From: Paragordius varius
Lineage: Eukaryota > Animalia > Nematomorpha
Length of the DNA stretch: 64,000 nt
Reading direction: 5' to 3'
NCBI GenBank assembly: GCA_964247055.1
Contig: OZ176056.1
Location: forward strand, 248,001 to 312,000
The translations under genes were made by a program, and so were the position numbers. Of the stretch, positions 1-11,100 are shown piece by piece (the stretch's first letter is position 1; every line of letters starts with the position of its first letter). The notes beneath the pieces are model-generated. The model made no database searches. It was not told where the DNA came from and worked only from the letters and a program-made list of their open reading frames with translations.

Positions 1-5
1 CTTTC

Positions 6-98
6 ATATCCGATTTTTACAACGATACTTTAAAAATTATGGTATTAAACCAGTCGCATCAATACTCAAGTTAAACTTTGTCCTTAAAAATCGGATAT
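6..98. repeat. Perfect 14-bp inverted repeat within the monomer (atatccgattttta at 6-19 and taaaaatcggatat at 85-98)
   Basis: The two 14-mers are exact reverse complements. They are separated by 65 bp within a monomer and by 85 bp across the monomer junction. Confidence 0.95.
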
Positions 99-101
99 TG
101 G

Positions 102-111
102 TCACCGGTGA
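102..111. other. Perfect 10-bp palindrome tcaccggtga, present once in most monomers (contains AgeI and SgrAI sites; overlaps a BstEII site)
   Basis: tcaccggtga is its own reverse complement. It extends to an imperfect 24-bp dyad atattggtcaccggtgaacaaaat (10 of 12 pairs in the consensus). It is the GC-richest part of the monomer. Confidence 0.95.
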
Positions 112-3100
112 ACAAAACTATTTTTTATACATTCTCTTAGTAAGACTACATCAAACTATAGAGATAATTTGACAAACTCTTTCATATCCGATTTTTACAA
201 CGATACTTTAAAAATTAATGTATAAAACTAGTCGTATCAATAAATCGCATCAATACTCAAGTTAAACTTTGTCCTTAAAAATCGGAGAATGGTCACCGGT
301 TAACAAAATTATTTTTTATTCATTCTCTTAGTAGGACTACATTAAAATATAGAGATAGTTTGGCAAACTGTTTCATATCCGATTTTTACAACGATACTTT
401 AAAAATTAATGTATAAAACTAGTCGCATCAATACTCAAGTTAAACTTTGTCCTTAAAAATCGAATATTGGTCACCGGTGAACAAAATTATTTTTTATACA
501 TTCTCTTAGTAAGACTACATCAAAATATAGAAATAGTTTGACAAACTCTTTCATATCCGATTTTTACAACGATACTTTAAAAATTAATGTATTAAACCAG
601 TCGCATCAATACTCAAGTTAAACTTTGTCCTTAAAAATCGGATATTGGTCACCGGTGCACAAATTTATTTTTATACATTCTCTTAGTAAGACTACATCAA
701 AATATAGAGATAGTTTGACAAACTCTTTCATATCCGATTTTTACAACGATACTTTAAAAATTATGGTATTAAACCAGTCGCATCAATACTCAAGTTAAAC
801 TTTGTCCTTAAAAATCGGATATTGGTCACCGGTGAACAAAACTATTTTTTATACATTCTCTTAGTAAGACTACATCAAACTATAGAGATAATTTGACAAA
901 CTCTTTCATATCCGATTTTTACAACGATACTTTAAAAATTAATGTATAAAACTAGTCGTATCAATAAATCGCATCAATACTCAAGTTAAACTTTGTCCTT
1001 AAAAATCGGATATTGGTCACCGGTGAACAAAATTATTTTTTATACATTCTCTTAGTAAGACTACATCAAAATATAGAAATAGTTTGACAAACTCTTTCAT
1101 ATCCGATTTTTACAACGATACTTTAAAAATTAATGTATAAAACTAGTCGTATCAATAAATCGCATCAATACTCAAGTTAAACTTTGTCCTTAAAAATCGG
1201 ATATTGGTCACCGGTGAACAAAATTATTTTTTATACATTCTCTTAGTAGGACTACATCAAAATATAGAGATAGTTTGGCAAACTGTTACATATCCGATTT
1301 TTACAACGATACTTTAAAAATTAATGTATAAAACTAGTCGTATCAATAAATCGCATCAATACTCAAGTTAAACTTTGTCCTTAAAAATCGAATATTGGTC
1401 ACCGGTGAACAAAATTATTTTTTATACATTCTCTTAGTAGGACTACATCAAAATATAGAGATAGTTTGGCAAAGTGTTACATATCCGATTTTTACAACGA
1501 TACTTTAAAAATTAATGTATAAAACTAGTCGCATCAATACTCAAGTTAAACTTTGTCCTTAAAAATCGAATATTGGTCACCGGTGAACAAAATTATTTTT
1601 TTTACATTCTCTTAGTAAGACTACATCAAAATATAGAAATAGTTTGACAAACTCTTTCATATCCGATTTTTACAACGATACTTTAATAATTAATGTATAA
1701 AACTAGTCGCATCAATACTCAAGTTAAACTTTGTCCTTAAAAATCGGATATTGGTCACCGGTGAACAAAATTATTTTTTATACATTCTCTTAGTAAGACT
1801 ACATCAAAATATAGAAATAGTTTGACAAACTCTTTCATATCCGATTTTTACAACGATACTTTAAAAATTAATGTATAAAACTAGTCGCATCAATACTCAA
1901 GTTAAACTTTATCCTTAAAAATCAGATATTGGTCACCGGTGAACAAAATAATTTTTTATACATTTTCTTAGTAAGACTACATATAAAAATATAGAGATAG
2001 TTTGACAAACTCTTTCATATCCGATTTTTACAACGATACTTTAAAAATTATGGTATTGAACCAGTCGCATCAATACTCAAGTTAAACTTTGTCCTTAAAA
2101 ATCGGATATTGGTCACCGGTGAACAAAATTATTTTTTATACATTCTCTTAGTAAGGCTACATCAAAATATAGAAATATTTTGACAAACTCTTTCATATCC
2201 GATTTTTACAACGATACTTTAAAAATTAATGTATAAAACTAGTCGTATCAATAAATCGCATCAATACTCAAGTTAAACTTTGTCCTTAAAAATCGGATAT
2301 TGGTCACCGGTGAACAAAATTATTTTTTATACATTCTCTTAGTAGGACTACATCAAAATATAGAGATAGTTTGGCAAACTGTTTCATATCCGATTTTTAC
2401 CGATACTTTAAAAATTAAAGTATAAAACTAGTCGCATCAATACTCAAGTTAAACTTTGTCCTTAAAAATCGAATATTGGTCACCGGTGAACAAAATTATT
2501 TTTTATACATTCTCTTAGTAGGACTACATCAAAATATAGAGATAGTTTGGCAAACTGTTACATATCCGATTTTTACAACGATACTTTAAAAATTAATGTA
2601 TTAAACCAGTCGCATCAATACTCAAGTTAAACTTTGTCCTTAAAAATCGGATATTGGTCACCGGTGCACAAATTTATTTTTTATACATTCTCTTAGTAAG
2701 ACTACATCAAAATATAGAGATAGTTTGACAAACTCTTTCATATCCGATTTTTACAACGATACTTTAAAAATTATGGTATTAAACCAGTCGCATCAATACT
2801 CAAGTTAAACTTTGTCCTTAAAAATCGGATATTGGTCACCGGTGAACAAAACTATTTTTTATACATTCTCTTAGTAAGACTACATCAAACTATAGAGATA
2901 ATTTGACAAACTCTTTCATATCCGATTTTTACAACGATACTTTAAAAATTAATGTATAAAACTAGTCGTATCAATAAATCGCATCAATACTCAAGTTAAA
3001 CTTTGTCCTTAAAAATCGGAGAATGGTCACCGGTTAACAAAATTATTTTTTATTCATTCTCTTAGTAGGACTACATTAAAATATAGAGATAGTTTGGCAA

Positions 3101-5821
3101 ACTGTTTCATATCCGATTTTTACAACGATACTTTAAAAATTAATGTATAAAACTAGTCGCATCAATACTCAAGTTAAACTTTGTCCTTAAAAATCGAATA
3201 TTGGTCACCGGTGAACAAAATTATTTTTTATACATTCTCTTAGTAAGACTACATCAAAATATAGAAATAGTTTGACAAACTCTTTCATATCCGATTTTTA
3301 CAACGATACTTTAAAAATTAATGTATTAAACCAGTCGCATCAATACTCAAGTTAAACTTTGTCCTTAAAAATCGGATATTGGTCACCGGTGCACAAATTT
3401 ATTTTTATACATTCTCTTAGTAAGACTACATCAAAATATAGAGATAGTTTGACAAACTCTTTCATATCCGATTTTTACAACGATACTTTAAAAATTATGG
3501 TATTAAACCAGTCGCATCAATACTCAAGTTAAACTTTGTCCTTAAAAATCGGATATTGGTCACCGGTGAACAAAACTATTTTTTATACATTCTCTTAGTA
3601 AGACTACATCAAACTATAGAGATAATTTGACAAACTCTTTCATATCCGATTTTTACAACGATACTTTAAAAATTAATGTATAAAACTAGTCGTATCAATA
3701 AATCGCATCAATACTCAAGTTAAACTTTGTCCTTAAAAATCGGATATTGGTCACCGGTGAACAAAATTATTTTTTATACATTCTCTTAGTAAGACTACAT
3801 CAAAATATAGAAATAGTTTGACAAACTCTTTCATATCCGATTTTTACAACGATACTTTAAAAATTAATGTATAAAACTAGTCGTATCAATAAATCGCATC
3901 AATACTCAAGTTAAACTTTGTCCTTAAAAATCGGATATTGGTCACCGGTGAACAAAATTATTTTTTATACATTCTCTTAGTAGGACTACATCAAAATATA
4001 GAGATAGTTTGGCAAACTGTTACATATCCGATTTTTACAACGATACTTTAAAAATTAATGTATAAAACTAGTCGTATCAATAAATCGCATCAATACTCAA
4101 GTTAAACTTTGTCCTTAAAAATCGAATATTGGTCACCGGTGAACAAAATTATTTTTTATACATTCTCTTAGTAGGACTACATCAAAATATAGAGATAGTT
4201 TGGCAAAGTGTTACATATCCGATTTTTACAACGATACTTTAAAAATTAATGTATAAAACTAGTCGCATCAATACTCAAGTTAAACTTTGTCCTTAAAAAT
4301 CGAATATTGGTCACCGGTGAACAAAATTATTTTTTTTACATTCTCTTAGTAAGACTACATCAAAATATAGAAATAGTTTGACAAACTCTTTCATATCCGA
4401 TTTTTACAACGATACTTTAATAATTAATGTATAAAACTAGTCGCATCAATACTCAAGTTAAACTTTGTCCTTAAAAATCGGATATTGGTCACCGGTGAAC
4501 AAAATTATTTTTTATACATTCTCTTAGTAAGACTACATCAAAATATAGAAATAGTTTGACAAACTCTTTCATATCCGATTTTTACAACGATACTTTAAAA
4601 ATTAATGTATAAAACTAGTCGCATCAATACTCAAGTTAAACTTTATCCTTAAAAATCAGATATTGGTCACCGGTGAACAAAATAATTTTTTATACATTTT
4701 CTTAGTAAGACTACATATAAAAATATAGAGATAGTTTGACAAACTCTTTCATATCCGATTTTTACAACGATACTTTAAAAATTATGGTATTGAACCAGTC
4801 GCATCAATACTCAAGTTAAACTTTGTCCTTAAAAATCGGATATTGGTCACCGGTGAACAAAATTATTTTTTATACATTCTCTTAGTAAGGCTACATCAAA
4901 ATATAGAAATATTTTGACAAACTCTTTCATATCCGATTTTTACAACGATACTTTAAAAATTAATGTATAAAACTAGTCGTATCAATAAATCGCATCAATA
5001 CTCAAGTTAAACTTTGTCCTTAAAAATCGGATATTGGTCACCGGTGAACAAAATTATTTTTTATACATTCTCTTAGTAGGACTACATCAAAATATAGAGA
5101 TAGTTTGGCAAACTGTTTCATATCCGATTTTTACCGATACTTTAAAAATTAAAGTATAAAACTAGTCGCATCAATACTCAAGTTAAACTTTGTCCTTAAA
5201 AATCGAATATTGGTCACCGGTGAACAAAATTATTTTTTATACATTCTCTTAGTAGGACTACATCAAAATATAGAGATAGTTTGGCAAACTGTTACATATC
5301 CGATTTTTACAACGATACTTTAAAAATTAATGTATAAAACTAGTCGCATCAATACTCAAGTTAAACTTTGTCCTTAAAAATCGAATATTGGTCACCGGCG
5401 AACAAAATTATTTTTTTTACATTCTCTTAGTAAGACTACATCAAAATATAGAAATAGTTTGACAAACTCTTTCATATCCGATTTTTACAACGATACTTTA
5501 ATTAATGTATAAAACTAGTCGCATCAATACTCAAGTTAAACTTTGTCCTTAAAAATCGGATATTGGTCACCGGTGAACAAAATTATTTTTTATACATTCT
5601 CTTAGTAGGACTACATCAAAATATAGAAATAGTTTGACAAACTCTTTCATATCCGATTTTTACAACGATACTTTAAAAATTAATGTATTAAACTAGTCGC
5701 ATCAATACTCAAGTTAAACTTTGTCCTTAAAAATCGGATATTGGTCACCGGTGAACAAAACTATTTTTTATACATTCTCTTAGTAAGACTACATCAAAAT
5801 ATAGAGATAATTTGGCAAACT

Positions 5822-8172
5822 CTTTCATATCCGATTTTTACAACGATACTTTAAAAATTAATGTATAAAACTAGTCGTATCAATAAATCGCATCAATACT
5901 CAAGTTAAACTTTGTCCTTAAAAATCGGATTATGGTCACCGGTGAACAAAATTATTTTTTATACATTCTCTTAGTAGGACTACATCAAAATATAGAGATA
6001 GTTTGGCAAACTGTTTCATATCCGATTTTTACCGATACTTTAAAAATTAATGTATAAAACTAGTCGCATCAATACTCAAGTTAAACTTTGTCCTTAAAAA
6101 TCGAATATTGGTCACCGGTGAACAAAATTATTTTTTATACATTCTCTTAGTAAGACTACATCAAAATATAGAAATAGTTTCACAAACTCTTTCATATCTG
6201 ATTTTTACAACGATACTTTAAAAATTAATGTATTAAACCAATCGCATCAATACTCAAGTTAAACTTTGTCCTTAAAAATCGGATATTGGTCACCGGTGCA
6301 CAAATTTATTTTTTATACATTCTCTTAGTAGGACTACATCAAAATATAGAGATAGTTTGACAAACTCTTTCATATCCGATTTTTACAACGATACTTTAAA
6401 AATTAATGTATAAAACTAGTCGCATCAATGCTCAAGTTAAACTTTATCCTTAAAAATCAGATATTGGTCACCGGTGAACAAAATAATTTTTTATACATTT
6501 TCTTAGTAAGACTACATATAAAAATATAGAGATAGTTTGACAAACTCTTTCATATCCGATTTTTACAACGATACTTTAAAAATTATGGTATTGAACCAGT
6601 CGCATCAATACTCAAGTTAAACTTTGTCCTTAAAAATCGGATATTGGTCACCGGTGAACAAAATTATTTTTTATACATTCTCTTAGTAAGGCTACATCAA
6701 AATATAGAAATAGTTTGACAAACTCTTTCATATCCGATTTTTACAACGATACTTTAAAAATTAATGTATAAAACTAGTCGTATCAATAAATCGCATCAAT
6801 ACTCAAGTTAAACTTTGTCCTTAAAAATCGGATATTGGTCACCGGTGAACAAAATTATTTTTTATACATTCTCTTAGTAGGACTACATCAAAATATAGAG
6901 ATAGTTTGGCAAACTGTTTCATATCCGATTTTTACCGATACTTTAAAAATTAATGTATAAACCTAGTCGCATCAATACTCAAGTTAAACTTTGTCCTTAA
7001 AAATCGAATATTGGTCACCGGTGAACAAAATTATTTTTTATACATTCTCTTAGTAGGACTACATCAAAATATAGAGATAGTTTGGCAAACTGTTACATAT
7101 CCGATTTTTACAACGATACTTTAAAAATTAATGTATTAAACCAATCGCATCAATACTCAAGTTAAACTTTGTCCTTAAAAATCGGATATTGGTCACCGGT
7201 GCACAAATTTATTTTTTATACATTCTCTTAGTAAGACTACATCAAAATATAGAGATAGTTTGGCAAACTGTTTCATATCCGATTTTCACAACGATACTTT
7301 AAAAATTAATGTATAAAACTAGTCGTATCAATAAATCGCATCAATACTCAAGTTAAACTTTGTCCTTAAAAATCGGATTATGGTCACCGGTGAACAAAAT
7401 TATTTTTTATACATTCTCTTAGTAGGACTACATCAAAATATAGAGATAGTTTGGCAAACTGTTTCATATCCGATTTTTACCGATACTTTAAAAATTAATG
7501 TATAAAACTAGTCGCATCAATACTCAAGTTAAACTTTGTCCTTAAAAATCGAATATTGGTCACCGGTGAACAAAATTATTTTTTATACATTCTCTTAGTA
7601 AGACTACATCAAAATATAGAAATAGTTTCACAAACTCTTTCATATCTGATTTTTACAACGATACTTTAAAAATTAATGTATTAAACCAATCGCATCAATA
7701 CTCAAGTTAAACTTTGTCCTTAAAAATCGGATATTGGTCACCGGTGCACAAATTTATTTTTTATACATTCTCTTAGTAAGACTACATCAAAATATAGAGA
7801 TAGTTTGACAAACTCTTTCATATCCGATTTTTACAACGATACTTTAAAAATTAATGTATAAAACTAGTCGCATCAATGCTCAAGTTAAACTTTATCCTTA
7901 AAAATCAGATATTGGTCACCGGTGAACAAAATAATTTTTTATACATTTTCTTAGTAAGACTACATATAAAAATATAGAGATAGTTTGACAAACTCTTTCA
8001 TATCCGATTTTTACAACGATACTTTAAAAATTATGGTATTGAACCAGTCGCATCAATACTCAAGTTAAACTTTGTCCTTAAAAATCGGATATTGGTCACC
8101 GGTGAACAAAATTATTTTTTATACATTCTCTTAGTAAGACTACATCAAAATATAGAAATAGTTTGACAAACT
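5822..8172 (+). repeat. 8-monomer period (1448 bp), one full unit plus a partial copy
   Basis: The marker cggattatgg is at 5932 and 7380, the monomer starts are 5822 and 7270, and tttcacaaac...atctgat recurs at the same offset. Arithmetic: 8x178 + 26 + 2 - 4 = 1448. Confidence 0.85.
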
Positions 8173-11100
8173 CTTTCATATCCGATTTTTACAACGATAC
8201 TTTAAAAATTAATGTATAAAACTAGTCGCATCAATACTCAAGTTAAACTTTATCCTTAAAAATCAGATATTGGTCACCGGTGAACAAAATAATTTTTTAT
8301 ACATTCTCTTAGTAAGACTACATATAAAAATATAGAGATAGTTTGACAAACTCTTTCATATCCGATTTTTACAACGATACTTTAAAAATTAATGTATAAA
8401 ACTAGTCGCATCAATGCTCAAGTTAAACTTTATCCTTAAAAATCAGATATTGGTCACCGGTGAACAAAATAATTTTTTATACATTTTCTTAGTAAGACTA
8501 CATATAAAAATATAGAGATAGTTTGACAAACTCTTTCATATCCGATTTTTACAACGATACTTTAAAAATTATGGTATTGAACCAGTCGCATCAATACTCA
8601 AGTTAAACTTTGTCCTTAAAAATCGGATATTGGTCACCGGTGAACAAAATTATTTTTTATACATTCTCTTAGTCAGGCTACATCAAAATATAGAAATAGT
8701 TTGACAAACTCTTTCATATCCGATTTTTACAACGATACTTTAAAAATTAATGTATAAAACTAGTCGTATCAATAAATCGCATCAATACTCAAGTTAAACT
8801 TTGTCCTTAAAAATCGGATATTGGTCACCGGTGAACAAAATTATTTTTTATACATTCTCTTAGTAGGACTACATCAAAATATAGAGATAGTTTGGCAAAC
8901 TGTTTCATATCCGATTTTTACCGATACTTTAAAAATTAATGTATAAAACTAGTCGCATCAATACTCAAGTTAAACTTTGTCCTTAAAAATCGAATATTGG
9001 TCACCGGTGAACAAAATTATTTTTTATACATTCTCTTAGTAGGACTACATCAAAATATAGAGATAGTTTGGCAAACTGTTACATATCCGATTTTTACAAC
9101 GATACTTTAAAAATTAATGTATAAAACTAGTCGCATCAATACTCAAGTTAAACTTTGTCCTTAAAAATCGGATATTGGTCACCGGTGAACAAAATTATTT
9201 TTTATACATTCTCTTAGTAAGACTACATCAAAATATAGAAATAGTTTGACAAACTCTTTCATATCCGATTTTTACAACGATACTTTAATAATTAATGTAT
9301 AAAACTAGTCGCATCAATACTCAAGTTAAACTTTGTCCTTAAAAATCGGATATTGGTCACCGGTGAACAAAATTATTTTTTATACATTCTCTTAGTAAGA
9401 CTACATCAAAATATAGAAATAGTTTGACAAACTCTTTCATATCCGATTTTTACAACGATACTTTAAAAATTAATGTATAAAACTAGTCGCATCAATACTC
9501 AAGTTAAACTTTATCCTTAAAAATCAGATATTGGTCACCGGTGAACAAAATAATTTTTTATACATTCTCTTAGTAAGACTACATATAAAAATATAGAGAT
9601 AGTTTGACAAACTCTTTCATATCCGATTTTTACAACGATACTTTAAAAATTAATGTATAAAACTAGTCGCATCAATGCTCAAGTTAAACTTTATCCTTAA
9701 AAATCAGATATTGGTCACCGGTGAACAAAATAATTTTTTATACATTTTCTTAGTAAGACTAGATATAAAAATATAGAGATAGTTTGACAAACTCTTTCAT
9801 ATCCGATTTTTACAACGATACTTTAAAAATTATGGTATTGAACCAGTCGCATCAATACTCAAGTTAAACTTTGTCCTTAAAAATCGGATATTGGTCACCG
9901 GTGAACAAAATTATTTTTTATACATTCTCTTAGTAAGGCTACATCAAAATATAGAAATAGTTTGACAAACTCTTTCATATCCGATTTTTACAACGATACT
10001 TTAAAAATTAATGTATAAAACTAGTCGTATCAATAAATCGCATCAATACTCAAGTTAAACTTTGTCCTTAAAAATCGGATATTGGTCACCGGTGAACAAA
10101 ATTATTTTTTATACATTCTCTTAGTAGGACTACATCAAAATATAGAGATAGTTTGGCAAACTGTTTCATATCCGATTTTTACCGATACTTTAAAAATTAA
10201 TGTATAAAACTAGTCGCATCAATACTCAAGTTAAACTTTGTCCTTAAAAATCGAATATTGGTCACCGGTGAACAAAATTATTTTTTATACATTCTCTTAG
10301 TAGGACTACATCAAAATATAGAGATAGTTTGGCAAACTGTTACATATCCGATTTTTACAACGATACTTTAAAAATTAATGTATAAAACTAGTCGCATCGA
10401 TACTCAAGTTAAACTTTGTCCTTAAAAATCGAATATTGGTCACCGGTGAACAAAATTATTTTTTATACATTCTCTTAGTAAGACTACATCAAAATATAGA
10501 GATAATTTGGCAAACTCTTTCATATCCGATTTTTACAACGATACTTTAAAAATTAATGTATAAAACTAGTCGTATCAATAAATCGCATCAATACTCAAGT
10601 TAAACTTTGTCCTTAAAAATCGGATATTGGTCACCGGTGAACAAAATTATTTTTTATACATTCTCTTAGTAGGACTACATCAAAATATAGAGATAGTTTG
10701 GCAAACTGTTTCATATCCGATTTTTACCGATACTTTAAAAATTAATGTATAAAACTAGTCGCATCAATACTCAAGTTAAACTTTGTCCTTAAAAATCGAA
10801 TATTGGTCACCGGTGAACAAAATTATTTTTTATACATTCTCTTAGTAAGACTACATCAAAATATAGAAATAGTTTCACAAACTCTTTCATATCTGATTTT
10901 TACAACGATACTTTAAAAATTAATGTATTAAACCAATCGCATCAATACTCAAGTTAAACTTTGTCCTTAAAAATCGGATATTGGTCACCGGTGCACAAAT
11001 TTATTTTTTATACATTCTCTTAGTAAGACTACATCAAAATATAGAGATAGTTTGACAAACTCTTTCATATCCGATTTTTACAACGATACTTTAAAAATTA

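Larger units (their letters stand above)
1..5334 (+). repeat. 15-monomer block duplicated in tandem, period 2734 bp
   Basis: The private markers cggagaat/ggttaac (287 and 3021), the 1-bp-short gcacaaatttattttt (about 660 and 3394) and aaattaaagt (about 2418 and 5152) are all offset by 2734. Arithmetic: 15x178 + 5x13 + 2 - 2 - 1 = 2734. The match breaks at about 2600/5334. Confidence 0.93.

Noticed and set aside
28-38. Recurrent small deletions in actttaaaaatt (near 5500, 26580, 42066, 49268, 60950)
   Set aside because: These are ordinary homopolymer slippage, and some could be sequencing or polishing errors. They are not informative beyond use as markers.
100-114. Nuclear-receptor-like inverted element tGGTCA-ccgg-TGAACa, or a Grainyhead-like ACCGGT site
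   Set aside because: The half-sites are imperfect (no 5' purine) and the 4-bp spacer fits neither the ecdysone IR1 nor the oestrogen IR3 element. The Grainyhead consensus AACCGGTT is not matched. Many monomers tolerate mutations here.
14-156. Helically phased A-tracts producing intrinsic curvature
   Set aside because: Tracts of 4 or more A/T are centred near 16, 34, 47.5, 88, 115.5, 123.5 and 154.5. The spacings are not consistent multiples of about 10.5 bp. A curvature model would be needed to claim bending.
1-178. Arabidopsis CEN178/CEN180 satellite (same length)
   Set aside because: Only the length matches. The consensus lacks the HindIII site aagctt characteristic of that family and does not resemble it as I recall it. 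A BLAST search would settle the family identity.
1-178. CENP-B box
   Set aside because: The motif NTTCGNNNNANNCGGGN is absent on both strands. ttcg occurs only on the minus strand of the cgaat variant and is not followed by the required cggg.
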